Part shown: one piece after another, positions 28,226-38,859 of the stretch
Position numbering within the stretch: position 1 is the stretch's first letter
How the letters are laid out: every line of letters begins with the position of its first letter
From: an uncultured Verrucomicrobiae bacterium
Lineage (GTDB): Bacteria > Verrucomicrobiota > Verrucomicrobiia > Limisphaerales > UBA1100
DNA: 64,000 nucleotides
Direction: 5' to 3'
Assembly (NCBI GenBank): GCA_937775205.1
Contig: CALKBX010000013.1
Coordinates: 15,648-79,647 of the forward strand
Notes under the pieces: model-generated
Seen by the model: only the letters and a program-made list of their open reading frames with translations
Database searches by the model: none
Told to the model about the DNA's origin: nothing
Translations under genes and position numbers: made by a program

Positions 28226-29794
28226 TCAGTTTCCCGCCTTCACTTCAATCACATCGTGCGGCTTGGACTCGTGTTGGCTGGCGGCGCTGATTCTTAGGTA
28301 ACGCGCTTTGTCGTGCAGCTCGGCGAGGTTGGCCGCGCCGAGGTAGCCGAGGCCGCTTTGGATTCCACCGGTCAATTGGGTGAGCACGGAATCGACCGAA
28401 CCGGAAACTTCCTTCAACGCCTCCACGCCTTCGGCGGCGATTTTGCGGGTGGTGTCCCTGGCGTTGTGGCCGTAGCGGGCGGCGCTGCCAGCTTTCATCG
28501 CGGCGAGGCTGCCCATGCCGCGATATTGTTTGTAGCGTTTGCCACTGATTTCAACAATGTCGCCGGGCGATTCCTGGCAGCCGGCGAGCAAGCCGCCACA
28601 AATTACCGCGTGCGACAGCGTGAGTGCTTTGACAATATCACCGCTCTTGGTCACGCCCCCATCGGCGATGAGGGTGACGCCCTTGGACGCCGCGCCTTTG
28701 GCCGCCACGTAAAGAGCCGTGAGCTGCGGGATGCCCACGCCGGCGACGATGCGCGTGGTGCAAATGGAGCCGGGCCCCTGGCCGACCTTGATTGAATTGG
28801 CGCCGCAGTCGGCCAAAAATTCCACGCCGGCCGCGCTGGTGACGTTGCCGGCGATGATGGGCAATTCAGGAAAGGCATCGCGGATGAGCTTCACCGAATC
28901 GCCGACGCCTTGTGTGTGGCCGTGCGCGGTAGACACGGCCACGGTGTCCACGCCGCGTTCGAGCAACGCGCCCACGTGGGCGGTGATGCGTTCGCGGTCC
29001 AGCTCGCCGGCCTCCGTGCGCGTGGCGGAAACGGCCGCGCCGCAAAGCAGCCGAAATTCCCCATCGCGCGCCGGTTTGAATTGGGCACTTTTTTCCATCG
29101 CAATCCGTTCCACATCGCTAAGGGTGAAGAGCCCTTTCAAATGATCGTCATCATCCACCACCAATAATTTATTGATGCCCGGATGATCGGTGAAAAACTG
29201 GTCGGCAATCTGAATGGGATCGGGCTCAAGTTCTTTTTCCGTGATGGCGTGCACGCTTGCTCTCGGGATAGCGGCATCGCCCACGCGGCGGTCGGCATAG
29301 CGTGGCTTCACCACACTGCCGGAAAGCAGCCCGGTGAGGTTGCCCGCCTCATCCACCACCGGAAACGTGCTGAACGTGTAGCGCTGCTCCTCGATGAGCT
29401 CGAGCACATCGCCCACCGAAAGATCGGCCGTCACGGTGATCGGTTCTTGAATCAACCCGTGTACGTGATTCTTTACGCGGCTCACTTCCTTGAGCTGCTG
29501 TTTCTCGGTCATATTATAATGCACAAGCCCCAGCCCGCCCTTGAGTGCCATCGCAATGGCCATCGCGTGCTCGGTGACGGTATCCATATCGGCGGAAATA
29601 ATCGGCAAATGTAGTTCCAGATTTTCCGCCAACCGCGTGTCCAGCACCGTGTCGCGCGGGAGGATTCGTGAAAACTGCGTGGCGAGGGTCACGTCGTCAA
29701 ACGTAAGGCCGGTATTGGCGTTGCGCGGGAAGAAGGTATCCGCGGTCAAATAAAACTGCGAATCCGTGCCGTCTGAATTGGTCTTGGCTGCCAT
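28226..29794 (-). CDS. guaB: IMP dehydrogenase
   Basis: [22 protein letters not shown] pair, [13 protein letters not shown] and YRGMGS motifs; true start MAAKT at 29794. Confidence 0.95.
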   Translation of the reverse strand: MAAKTNSDGTDSQFYLTADTFFPRNANTGLTFDDVTLATQFSRILPRDTVLDTRLAENLELHLPIISADMDTVTEHAMAIAMALKGGLGLVHYNMTEKQQLKEVSRVKNHVHGLIQEPITVTADLSVGDVLELIEEQRYTFSTFPVVDEAGNLTGLLSGSVVKPRYADRRVGDAAIPRASVHAITEKELEPDPIQIADQFFTDHPGINKLLVVDDDDHLKGLFTLSDVERIAMEKSAQFKPARDGEFRLLCGAAVSATRTEAGELDRERITAHVGALLERGVDTVAVSTAHGHTQGVGDSVKLIRDAFPELPIIAGNVTSAAGVEFLADCGANSIKVGQGPGSICTTRIVAGVGIPQLTALYVAAKGAASKGVTLIADGGVTKSGDIVKALTLSHAVICGGLLAGCQESPGDIVEISGKRYKQYRGMGSLAAMKAGSAARYGHNARDTTRKIAAEGVEALKEVSGSVDSVLTQLTGGIQSGLGYLGAANLAELHDKARYLRISAASQHESKPHDVIEVKAGN

Positions 29795-29837
29795 AGGCGA
29801 CCTTGCCCGAGAGAGGCGGTACGTGGCAAGCGGGAAA

Positions 29838-30323
29838 TCAACCTTCCAAAATGCGTCGGGCGATTTCGGTGCTGGATTTGCCGGGGAGGTGGCCGAGGAC
29901 GGTGATGCGGCCGCCTTGGGCTTGGATGATGGCGCGTTCTTCGGCGGGGAGTTGGTCGATGGTGTAATCGCCGCCTTTGACGTAGACATCGGGTTGGGTG
30001 GTTTGCAGGAAGTCTGTGGCGCGGAGTTCGTCGAAGATGTAAACGGCATCAACGGATTCGAGTGCGGCGATGACGGCGGCGCGGTCGGCCTCGGTGTGGA
30101 TGGGGCGGTCGGGGCCTTTGAGCTCGGCGATGGAGCGGTCGCTGTTGAGGCCCACGATGAGGGCTTCGGCTTCGTTGCGGGCGGATTGGAGGTAGTTGAC
30201 GTGGCCGGCGTGCAAAATATCGAAGCAGCCGTTGGTGGCGGCGAGGGTGCGGCCCTCGGCACGAAGGGCATCGCGCCAGGCGAGTAGCGTGTCGGCGGTC
30301 AGTATTTTTTCATAAAAATCCAA
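29838..30323 (-). CDS. rfaE2: D-glycero-beta-D-manno-heptose 1-phosphate adenylyltransferase (RfaE domain II)
   Basis: [29 protein letters not shown] and GKSST motifs. Confidence 0.9.
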   Translation of the reverse strand: MDFYEKILTADTLLAWRDALRAEGRTLAATNGCFDILHAGHVNYLQSARNEAEALIVGLNSDRSIAELKGPDRPIHTEADRAAVIAALESVDAVYIFDELRATDFLQTTQPDVYVKGGDYTIDQLPAEERAIIQAQGGRITVLGHLPGKSSTEIARRILEG

Positions 30324-30388
30324 GGGCCGAATCCTGCCGCAGACGGCAAGGGCTTGTCAATCGGGCTCGCGGGGCGTAGGTTGGGCCC

Positions 30389-30850
30389 GTGAACGCGGAC
30401 GTCATTTTGGTACAGATTCGTGGGATACTTCCCGCTAACAGCGGTGCGGCGATTTTTTTGGGGAATGATGAGAAGGTTTTTATTATCCAAGTGGAAACCA
30501 ATATGGCGGCGGTGATTGGCAATTTCCTGCGTGATGCGCCGAAGGAACGGCCGCTGACGCACGATTTGCTGAGTAATGTATTTCAGGGGTTTGGCATTGC
30601 GGTGGAGCGGGTGGTGATCACGGAGCTGAAGCATTCGACGTATTACGCGCGGGCGATTTTGAAGATGGAAAACGAACTGGGCTCCAAGATCGTGGAGCTG
30701 GACGCGCGTCCCAGTGATTGCCTCGCGATTGCGACGGCGCAGAAAATTCCGGTGTATGTGTCGGCCCGTCTATTCGAAGAGGCGGAGGATATGAGCGAAT
30801 TTCTTGAGCAAATCAACGAAGGTGCCAGCGACGAATCAGAAGACGAATAA
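30389..30850 (+). CDS. Bifunctional nuclease (DUF151/BFN) family protein
   Basis: RPLTHDL, YYARAIL and LDARPSDCLAIA motifs. Confidence 0.9.
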   Translation: MNADVILVQIRGILPANSGAAIFLGNDEKVFIIQVETNMAAVIGNFLRDAPKERPLTHDLLSNVFQGFGIAVERVVITELKHSTYYARAILKMENELGSKIVELDARPSDCLAIATAQKIPVYVSARLFEEAEDMSEFLEQINEGASDESEDE

Positions 30851-31988
30851 GGCGCCCTCGCTTCCGGAGGTGCCGTTGGTGTTGGTGCACGGCGATGATG
30901 ACTTCGCGGTGAGCCAGCGCGCGCGGCAAATTTTCCAAGGCTGGTGCGAAGCGGTCGGCGGCGAAGATCACGAAACCGTTGAGGCCCACGCGGCCAGTGG
31001 AGGCGAGGCTTCCAAAATTCTTGGCCGACTGCGAATGGCACTGGATACGCTGCCGTTTTTTGGCGGTGAAAAAGTGGTATGGTTCAAGGATTGCAATTTT
31101 CTGGGCGACGATCGTACGTCCAAAACCAAAGACGTCACCAGCGGCATCGCCGATCTCACGGCGTGGTTGAAGGTATTCGATTGGCAAGGCGTACGCCTCC
31201 TCATCAGCGCCAGCAAATGCGACAAGCGAAAGGTGTTTTACAAAGCCATCGCCAAGCAGGGCCACGATGAAGAATTTAAGGCGCTCTCCACCGACGACCG
31301 CGAGTGGCAGGCCAAGGCCGAGCAGCTCGTCACCGCCAAGCTCCGCAAGCTCGGCGTGAAAGCCGACTACGGCGCGGCGACGGAGCTAGTGCAAATGGTC
31401 GGCCCAAACAGCCGCGCGTTGATGAGCGAATGCGAAAAAGTGGCGCTCTATGTGGGCGAGCGCGCGGAAGTTTCTACCGACGACGTGCGGGCCATCGTCA
31501 CGCCAGGCAAACACGCAAAGGCATTTGCGCTGGGCGACGCGTTGGGTGATCGGCAGTTGCCGCGATTGCTCGCCCGCTTGGATGAGGAATTGTGGGCGGC
31601 AAAAACCGATCGGCAAAAATCAGCCATCGGCCTGTGTTCGGGTCTCATTAGCAAAGTGCGCTCGTTGCTGTTCGCGCGGGAATTGCTCGATGCGGATATG
31701 ATTCGCCCCGCCAATGCGTATCCGCAATTCAAGTCACAGCTCGACACGCTACCCGCCGGCGAGTTTCCCGATGACCGCCGCATCAGCCCGCTTGGGCTTC
31801 ACCCTTATGTATTATTTAACGCCACCAAACAGTCGCGCAATTACACCAGCGCCGAACTCGTCCGCGCGCTCGATCTTTTAATGCAAGCCAACCTCAAACT
31901 CGTTTCCAGTTCGCTGGACGACTCATTTATTTTGCAATCCACCCTCACCCAAATCGCCGCGCGCCCTGAAGCCGCCGCCGCCGCCTGA
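30804..31988 (+). CDS. holA: DNA polymerase III delta subunit (start uncertain)
   Basis: LVLVHGDDDF, TLPFFGGEKVV, ECEKVALY, AFALGDAL, LHPY; typical length. Confidence 0.85.
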   Translation: MSKSTKVPATNQKTNKAPSLPEVPLVLVHGDDDFAVSQRARQIFQGWCEAVGGEDHETVEAHAASGGEASKILGRLRMALDTLPFFGGEKVVWFKDCNFLGDDRTSKTKDVTSGIADLTAWLKVFDWQGVRLLISASKCDKRKVFYKAIAKQGHDEEFKALSTDDREWQAKAEQLVTAKLRKLGVKADYGAATELVQMVGPNSRALMSECEKVALYVGERAEVSTDDVRAIVTPGKHAKAFALGDALGDRQLPRLLARLDEELWAAKTDRQKSAIGLCSGLISKVRSLLFARELLDADMIRPANAYPQFKSQLDTLPAGEFPDDRRISPLGLHPYVLFNATKQSRNYTSAELVRALDLLMQANLKLVSSSLDDSFILQSTLTQIAARPEAAAAA

Positions 31989-32467
31989 TGAGCGCCCGCC
32001 TCCAAGTCGCCGTCACCGAGGGCATCGCCTGCATCAAAGTCGGCGGCCCCGCCAACTTCGCCGCCGGCGTGGATTTCAAAACTGTGGTTAATCAATCCTG
32101 CGAAGAAGGCGGCCGCGTGCTGTTGCTCGACCTCACCGATTGCGTGAATATGGACAGCACCTTCCTCGGCATCCTGATGAGTATGACCAATCGCCTCGAC
32201 CGCATCGAACTGCTCAACCCCAGCGAACGCATCATCGATCTGCTCGATAGCCTCGGCGTGATGGAACTCCTCACCGTCGGCACCGGCGAAAACCCATTTG
32301 AGATGAGGGGCGCCAAGCTCGAAGAAGCCGAATCCACCAACGCCGACAAACGCGCCCTCACCGAAGCCAGCCTCGAAGCGCACAAATTGCTGATGGAAAT
32401 TAATCCCGATAACGTGCCGAAGTTTAAGGACGTTGCAAAGTTTTTGGAGGAAGACTTGAATAATTGA
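31988..32467 (+). CDS. STAS-domain anti-sigma factor antagonist
   Basis: LLDLTDCVNMDSTFLG with the conserved phosphorylatable Ser. Confidence 0.85.
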   Translation: MSARLQVAVTEGIACIKVGGPANFAAGVDFKTVVNQSCEEGGRVLLLDLTDCVNMDSTFLGILMSMTNRLDRIELLNPSERIIDLLDSLGVMELLTVGTGENPFEMRGAKLEEAESTNADKRALTEASLEAHKLLMEINPDNVPKFKDVAKFLEEDLNN

Positions 32468-32570
32468 CCAAGGCCCAATGACCAAATCCCAAGGAATGCC
32501 CAAGCCCCCAAAATGCTGAGTTGGTTTTATTGGGGTTTCCTTGGGCATGGGTCATTCTCCATTGGTATTC
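32462..32570. repeat. Heptamer-arm imperfect palindrome, copy 2
   Basis: AATTGACC-AAGGCCC-AATGACC-AAATCCC-AAGGAAT ... TTTCCTTGGGCATGGGTCATT; supplies the STAS stop codon. Confidence 0.75.
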
Positions 32571-32629
32571 TCCCTGTGACTAACTTCCGATTGGCTACGG
32601 CGGCACTCTTCGCTTAACTCCCTCCCCCG

Positions 32630-34657
32630 ATGTCTGACCTTTCTGGCCTTAATCCTGAACAGCGAAAAGCCGCCGCGACCCTTCGCGGGCCGGTGTTGAT
32701 CTTGGCGGGGGCGGGGACAGGGAAGACGCGGACGCTCACGCATCGCGTGGCTCATATGGTGAGCAAAGGGATTTCGCCGGAGCATATTTTGGCGGTGACG
32801 TTTACCAATAAAGCGGCGCGCGAGATGCAGCAGCGAGTGACCAAGCAACTCAAGCGATTGCCCAAGTCCTTCACACGAGAGGACGGCAAGCCATTGAAGC
32901 CGACGATTTGCACGTTCCACTCGTTGTGCGTGCGTATATTGCGGCGGCATATTGAGAAGCTTGGGTACAAGCGGAACTTTGTAATTTATAGCGCCAGCGA
33001 GCAGCTCGGTGTGGTGAAGAAAGTGCTGAGCGCCATCGCCGGCAAAGATGTGAAGGCCGATGCGCGCGAGTTGCAGGGGTTGCTGAGTCGGCTGAAAAAC
33101 GCGGGGCCGAATGGGAATGTGCCGGGCAACGAAGACAGCCTCGCGATGGCAGGGCATATTCGGCGGCGTTACGACAGCGCCTTGCGCGCGGCGAACGCGG
33201 TGGATTTTGATGATTTGTTGGTGCTCGCGCTGCGGATTTTTAATGAATTCCCCGAGGCGTTGGAGGAATGCCGCGCGCGGTATCAGTACGTGATGGTGGA
33301 CGAGTATCAAGACACCAACGCGGCGCAATTTGAGCTGATGCATTTGCTGTCCAAGGAGCATCGCAACGTGTGCGTGGTGGGCGATGATGACCAAAGCATC
33401 TACGGCTGGCGCGGCGCGGAAATTTCGAACATCCTCGATATGGAAAAACATTTCCCCGAGGTGAAGGTCATCAAGCTCGAGCAAAATTATCGGTCCACCC
33501 GCGTGATCCTCAATGCGGCCAATGCGGTCATCAAAAATAATCCGCGCCGCCGTCCCAAGGAATTGTGGAGTGCCAAGGGCGAGGGCGAGTTAGTGCGATT
33601 GAAGGCGTTCGCCAATGAAGAGGAAGAGGCCACCACGATTGTGGACGAGATTGAGTTTCATCGGATGGCCAAACGCATTCCGTGGAAGGATCACGCCATT
33701 CTGTTCCGTACCAATGTGCAGTCGCGTCCGCTGGAAACCGCCCTGCGCAAGGCCGAGGTGCGCTATCATTTGATCGGCGGCCAAAGCTTTTTTGATCGGC
33801 GCGAGATTCGGGATTTTCTCGCGTTTATGAAAACCTTCATCAACCCCAACGACGACGCCAGCCTGTTGCGCATCGCGAACATCCCCGCGCGCGGGTTGAG
33901 CGATGTGACGATGGAACGTCTACTCGGCGCCAGCCAAGAGCGGGATTGTTCCGTTTGGAAAGCGATGAAGAACGACCTCGTCATCCACGAATTCCAGCCG
34001 CGCACGCGCAAGTCCATCGAAGCCTTTGTGGGGTTAGTCGAAGACTTCCGCGCGCCGCTCAATGAAACTGAATTGTCGCTGGCCAGTTGGGCGGATAAAT
34101 TTCTCGATGATGTGAATTACATCGTCGAGTTACGCAAAGGCGAGAAGGATCCCGAGAACGCTGAAAACCGAATGCGCAATCTGCGCGATATTATTTCAAC
34201 AATGGATAACCGCGGCGAATCGCTTTTGCCCGCCAATCGCCTCGGCAAATTTCTCGACGACATCACGCTGGACGCCGATCGCGAGGCGGACAAAGAAGAC
34301 GCCGGCGACGCCGTCACCCTCATCACCACGCACAGTTGTAAGGGGTTGGAATTTCCGCACGTCTTTCTCGTGGGAGTGGAGGAAGGATTGCTGCCGCACT
34401 CGCGCTCCGCCGTGGAAGGCACGCTCGACGAAGAGCGCCGCCTCTTCTACGTCGCCATAACCCGCGCCATGCGCACGCTGACCATCACGCATTGCCTTAA
34501 CCGCAAAAAGTACGGCCAAAATTTCCTGTGCCACCCGAGTAGTTTTCTGAAAGAACTGCCCGAAGAACTCTGCGAGGATATGGATTCGAACAAGGAACCG
34601 GTGACGGTGGAAGATGGGAAAAGTATGTTCGCGGCAATGCGGGAGGGGCTTGGGTAA
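32630..34657 (+). CDS. pcrA: ATP-dependent DNA helicase PcrA/UvrD/Rep
   Basis: LAGAGTGKT, VDEYQDTN, VGDDDQSIY, LEQNYRST, HSCKGLEF and EERRLFYVAITRA motifs. Confidence 0.95.
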   Translation: MSDLSGLNPEQRKAAATLRGPVLILAGAGTGKTRTLTHRVAHMVSKGISPEHILAVTFTNKAAREMQQRVTKQLKRLPKSFTREDGKPLKPTICTFHSLCVRILRRHIEKLGYKRNFVIYSASEQLGVVKKVLSAIAGKDVKADARELQGLLSRLKNAGPNGNVPGNEDSLAMAGHIRRRYDSALRAANAVDFDDLLVLALRIFNEFPEALEECRARYQYVMVDEYQDTNAAQFELMHLLSKEHRNVCVVGDDDQSIYGWRGAEISNILDMEKHFPEVKVIKLEQNYRSTRVILNAANAVIKNNPRRRPKELWSAKGEGELVRLKAFANEEEEATTIVDEIEFHRMAKRIPWKDHAILFRTNVQSRPLETALRKAEVRYHLIGGQSFFDRREIRDFLAFMKTFINPNDDASLLRIANIPARGLSDVTMERLLGASQERDCSVWKAMKNDLVIHEFQPRTRKSIEAFVGLVEDFRAPLNETELSLASWADKFLDDVNYIVELRKGEKDPENAENRMRNLRDIISTMDNRGESLLPANRLGKFLDDITLDADREADKEDAGDAVTLITTHSCKGLEFPHVFLVGVEEGLLPHSRSAVEGTLDEERRLFYVAITRAMRTLTITHCLNRKKYGQNFLCHPSSFLKELPEELCEDMDSNKEPVTVEDGKSMFAAMREGLG

Positions 34658-34785
34658 TGACCAAGCCCCAATGACCAAATTCCAAGGAATACCCAAAACC
34701 CAAAGGTCCAATTTCGATGACGTTCCCCTTTGGGAATTGATCATTGGGATTTCCTTGGGGGGGTTGGTTCTTGGGCCTTTGGAAA
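34656..34785. repeat. Heptamer-arm imperfect palindrome, copy 3
   Basis: AATGACC-AAGCCCC-AATGACC-AAATTCC-AAGGAAT ... TTGGGATTTCCTTGG; overlaps the pcrA stop. Confidence 0.75.
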
Positions 34786-34790
34786 TTCAC

Positions 34791-36012
34791 CTACTCGCTG
34801 ACATCAAAAACAAACAGGCTATCCTGATCGCGCAGGTACAATTTCCCATCCAGCACCACCGGATGCGCCCAGGCTTTGGCTCGGGTGCGCTCGGGTTGGT
34901 CGAAACGGCTGACTTCCTCGTAGGCTTTGGGGCTGAGCTTCACAAGGGACACAGGGCCACGTTCGGTGCGGAGGATGATTTTGTTGTCGGCCACCACGAT
35001 CGCGCCTTTGCCTGCGCTACGTTCGTTCCACATCACCTTACCATCGGCGAGGCGGAGACAGGACATTGATCCGCCGTTAGAGCCGTACACATAATCTCCC
35101 ACACGGATGACGCCGCCGTGATGGTTGGCCATTCCCACGCCGCCGGCATGTTTGTAAATTTCTTTCGCGCTAAACTTGCTGTCCATATATTCCACAGTGA
35201 ACCCATTGCAGCCCACGCTGTAAGCACTTGTTACAAAAAGCGTGCCTTTATGAAACACCGGCGTACTGACCACCGCCGTGCGTCCTTTGCGCGGGGCACT
35301 CCAAAGGAGTTTGCCGTTGCTGGCGTCGATGCCCGCAACGCTGCTGCCAGTGAGCTGAAGGTATTGTTTGATGCCGCCAATATCGCGGATGATGAGTGAG
35401 GAATAACCAGCGGAGTCCTGCCAGTCCTCGCAGCGCCAAGCGGTTTTACCGGTCTTGGCGTTGAGGGCAATCACGGCGCCGTTGCTGCCACCGGGGGTGA
35501 CGATCACGTTGCCGTCATCGACCAGCGGAGATTCGCTCCACCGCCAGCCGCTCATCATTTTGCCGCCAAAATCATTTTGCAAATTCACGCGCCAGACTTC
35601 TTTGCCGGCGGTGGTGATACAAACGAGATCACTGTGTTGGCCGAGGCAATAGACATGGCCACCCGCCACCGTGGGCGTAGAACGCGGGCCGGGATAACCG
35701 CAGATGACCTTTGGGATCGCCCACGCGGGCTTTCCATTTTTGTTCGCCCTTGAGATCCAGCGCGAAGAGATAGCAGGCATCGTCCAAATCACCGAGCGTG
35801 TACAATGTGCCGTCGGCGATGACCACGCTGGAAAATCCAACGCCCACACCGGTGGCTTTGTACAGCAACTTGGGGCCGCCCTCGGGCCATTGATTGGCGA
35901 GGCCTTTTTCGGGGTTCACCCCACTGCGGTCGGGTCCGCGCCATTGTGGCCAGTCAGAGGCAAAGGTGTTGAGCGCGAGGCTCAGGAGGATGAATGATGT
36001 GAGAATTCGCAT
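34791..36012 (-). CDS. PQQ-like/BamB-like beta-propeller protein (one frameshift)
   Basis: DWPQWRGPDRSG N-terminus, STPTV, SESPLVD and WAHPVVLDGKLYLRDQ motifs; frame change near 35700. Confidence 0.85.
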
Positions 36013-36033
36013 AAGTTTTTTTGGGTTGCTGAA

Positions 36034-37530
36034 TTATTTATCAAAACGCACTTGTTTGACGGTGCCGCCGGCAAGGTTGAACCAAACGGTTCCGTATTTC
36101 TTGCCTTCGCGGTCCGTGATGTTTAAGCCGGAATATGACCTCCACGTGCCTTGTGTTTTGGTCGGTTGACCAAACACAGTGGTGACCACCGCCTGTGTTT
36201 TGCCTTCATAAATAACATCAATGGATTTGGTGTCCACGCTGGCCGTCCACGCGAGAGTTTTGCCTATAGGCCCGGTGGGTGTGACGGATGCACCACTATT
36301 GCCAGTGGCACTGATGTCGTGGCAGTAAATATGTTCCTGATCGCGCAGATACAGTTTGCCGTTGGCCACTACCGGATGAGTCCAGATTTTACCGCGGCTA
36401 CTGCGGATGCGCGATTGTGGTGCGAGCCTGAAGCGTCCGTGCTCTTTCCAGCCATTAGGGCTGGCTGATGCCAGTGCCACGTCACCACGACTTTCGTCTA
36501 CACAATACATCATGCCCTCGGCGATTGTAAGGCAGCCTTTGCCCAGCGCGCGTTTTTCGCCCCACACCTCGCGTCCGCTGGTGAAATCTTGGCACACCCA
36601 ACCGCCGCCATCGCTGTAGCCGTACAAATGTTTGCCCAGCAATATCACGCCGCCGTGGTGGTTTTTCATAACCTTGTTCACCCAAACATCACTGGCTCGA
36701 TTGTCCGCGCCCACGTTCACCAGTTTGCAGCCCACGCTGTAGCCGCTGGCGATATACACTTTGCCATCGCTGAAAATGGGCGTGGGGATCACCGCTACTT
36801 TGCCCGGCCACGCTGATTTCCACAGCACGTTACCGTTGCTCCCATCGAGGCCCACTAGATTTTTCTGGGTTAGCTGGATGTACTGGCGCCCGCCGTTATG
36901 CGTCACCGGAACCACGGACGAGTATTCTGCGCCATCGGTGAATTGCCGGCTTTGCCAAACAATTTTTCCGGAAAGTTTATTGAACGCTACAACTGCGCCT
37001 TGCCTTCCACCTGGCGTGGCCAGCGCGAGGTTGCCGTCCACCGTAATGCTTTCAGTGTAGCCCCATTTCGGTACGCCGCCGCCTAGGCGCGTCATATTGG
37101 CTTGCCACTGGATTTTACCCGCGAGATCGGTACACACCAAATCGCCCTTGCCGCTCATTGCGTACACACGGTTACTATCTACCGTGGGTGTGCCACGCGG
37201 GCCGCCCCCCCAGTTATTTTTTAATTCCTGCCCGAGGTTGGTGGCCCATTGCTCGCGGCCGGTTTTGGCGTCGAGGCAGATCAACTGCTCTGTGCCGCGC
37301 CGCGAGCTCATGGTGTAAAGTTTGCCTTTAACGATTGCGAAGCTCGAATAGCCGTTGCCCATTTGGCTGTTAATCCACAGCCGCTTGGGCCCGCCTTGCG
37401 GCCATTGTTTAAGTAGACCTTTCTCGGCACTGATGCCGTTGCGGTCAGGCCCACGCCATTGCGGCCAATCGAGGGCGTGGGAGGATTGCCAGCCGATGGC
37501 CAGCACAAGGAGAGCGAGGGTCGTGCGCAT
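36034..37530 (-). CDS. PQQ-like/BamB-like beta-propeller protein with extra C-terminal domain
   Basis: DWPQWRGPDRNG, GTPTV and WTHPVVANGKLYLRDQ motifs, then a linker and a ~60-aa alpha/beta domain. Confidence 0.88.
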   Translation of the reverse strand: MRTTLALLVLAIGWQSSHALDWPQWRGPDRNGISAEKGLLKQWPQGGPKRLWINSQMGNGYSSFAIVKGKLYTMSSRRGTEQLICLDAKTGREQWATNLGQELKNNWGGGPRGTPTVDSNRVYAMSGKGDLVCTDLAGKIQWQANMTRLGGGVPKWGYTESITVDGNLALATPGGRQGAVVAFNKLSGKIVWQSRQFTDGAEYSSVVPVTHNGGRQYIQLTQKNLVGLDGSNGNVLWKSAWPGKVAVIPTPIFSDGKVYIASGYSVGCKLVNVGADNRASDVWVNKVMKNHHGGVILLGKHLYGYSDGGGWVCQDFTSGREVWGEKRALGKGCLTIAEGMMYCVDESRGDVALASASPNGWKEHGRFRLAPQSRIRSSRGKIWTHPVVANGKLYLRDQEHIYCHDISATGNSGASVTPTGPIGKTLAWTASVDTKSIDVIYEGKTQAVVTTVFGQPTKTQGTWRSYSGLNITDREGKKYGTVWFNLAGGTVKQVRFDK

Positions 37531-37596
37531 GGGTATTGGATACGGCGAAAGGGCGGGAGATTCAACTTATTTGATGGAAGTTCTCTTTTCCGTGCA

Positions 37597-38247
37597 TCAA
37601 TCGAGTTTTTTCAAGTACACATTCCGGAACCATACATTTTGTCCGTGATCCTGAAAACCGATGTGGCCAGTGCGGGGGAGGTCTTTGAGGGCGGTCTTGA
37701 ATTTGTTGCGGGAGCCGTCGGGGTTTTTGTTGCCGGTGGTCCAGTCATCGAGGTTGGCGTTGACGACTTGTTTGCCGTTGATACTCACGGTGATCTTCGG
37801 GCCTTTGCAAGTGATGATGAACCGATCCCATTCGCCGACCGGTTTGGCGGGATTGGCGCTGGGGGCGAGGGCATCGTAGAACGCGCCGTGATCATGCTTG
37901 CCGAGTTTTGTTTTGCCTGTGGTGTCCATCACTTGAATTTCAAACCCACCCTGCACCGCATTCTTAGGGTTCGTACGGAAAAATATGCCGCTGTTACACC
38001 GGCTCGACACCTTTACCTCCAAATCCAAAACAAAATCGCCAAAGCTCTCCTTCGACCAAATGTAACCACTGCCCGGTTTGCGCACGAGCACGCCATCCTC
38101 CACCGCCCATCCATTCTTCTTGGCCTGCCAACCGTCGAGATTTTTACCATTAAACAACGCTACAAACCCTTTAGGCGGCTCCGCCTGCAAAGTGGTGACA
38201 GTGGAAAACGCAAACAACGTGATGAGAAAAACAAAGGTGTGCTTCAT
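37597..38247 (-). CDS. DUF1080 / 3-keto-disaccharide hydrolase family protein
   Basis: LFNGKNLDGW, NSGIFFR, FEIQV, GEWDRF and GHIGFQDHG motifs; signal peptide. Confidence 0.9.
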   Translation of the reverse strand: MKHTFVFLITLFAFSTVTTLQAEPPKGFVALFNGKNLDGWQAKKNGWAVEDGVLVRKPGSGYIWSKESFGDFVLDLEVKVSSRCNSGIFFRTNPKNAVQGGFEIQVMDTTGKTKLGKHDHGAFYDALAPSANPAKPVGEWDRFIITCKGPKITVSINGKQVVNANLDDWTTGNKNPDGSRNKFKTALKDLPRTGHIGFQDHGQNVWFRNVYLKKLD

Positions 38248-38283
38248 GGGCAAAAGAGTACGCGCTGGGGCGGGGGTGTAAAC

Positions 38284-38859
38284 TCAAAAGCCCAACCGCA
38301 TCGCCCGGTCATTCAACTGTTCCCGCCATTTTTGGAGGTAGCTGTATTGGTGGAATAGGGGTTCGAGGGTTTCGGGGGTCCAGTTTTTGTTGAGGGACTG
38401 GAGTTGGGTGTCGAGGTGTTGGAGGGTTTGGGTGAGAGTTTGTTGGAGGGGGGTGAGCTGTTCTAGCCAGTCGAGGGCTTGGGGGTAGGTTTGGGCTTTG
38501 AGGAGGGGGGAGGTTTCGGCTTCGCGCTGGGCGAGGAAGGGGTCGATGGCGCGGAGGAGTTGGCCAACTTGCAGGAAGAGATCGGCGGTGCCGGGGAGGA
38601 TGTCGTGGACTTCGTCGGGCTTGTGGCCGCGTTCGAGGGTGAGGAGGTGCTGGAGGCGGCGCTTGGGGTCGCGCAGGGTTTCGTGCGCGGTGTTGAGCTC
38701 GGCGAAGCGGGTTTGGGCGGTTTCTTTTTCGGTGGGGTCGGTGAATTTATCCGGATGCGTGGCGGCGGAGCGGGTGAGGAATTTCGTTTTCAATGCCTCC
38801 ACCTCCAGCCACGGTTGGCGCGGTTCATCAAGCAGCGCAAAGGCGTCAGTCATCTTCAT
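38284..38859 (-). CDS. hscB: HscB-like J-domain co-chaperone
   Basis: J domain with HPD (THPDKF), LNTAHETLRDPKRR, helical C-terminus; next to iscA. Confidence 0.8.
   Translation of the reverse strand: MKMTDAFALLDEPRQPWLEVEALKTKFLTRSAATHPDKFTDPTEKETAQTRFAELNTAHETLRDPKRRLQHLLTLERGHKPDEVHDILPGTADLFLQVGQLLRAIDPFLAQREAETSPLLKAQTYPQALDWLEQLTPLQQTLTQTLQHLDTQLQSLNKNWTPETLEPLFHQYSYLQKWREQLNDRAMRLGF

Noticed and set aside
28226-30271. 681-aa GuaB with a long Ser/Pro/Thr-rich N-terminal extension
   Set aside because: The extension is an alternative frame over the rfaE2 gene; IMPDH homology begins at the ATG at 29794.
28133-34785. CRISPR array
   Set aside because: The repeats are dispersed kilobases apart, have no regular spacers, and no cas genes are present.
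38300-38760. G/T-rich low-complexity tract as a repeat element
   Set aside because: It is the reverse strand of hscB with Leu/Gln/Thr codons ending in C/A; no fixed repeat unit.
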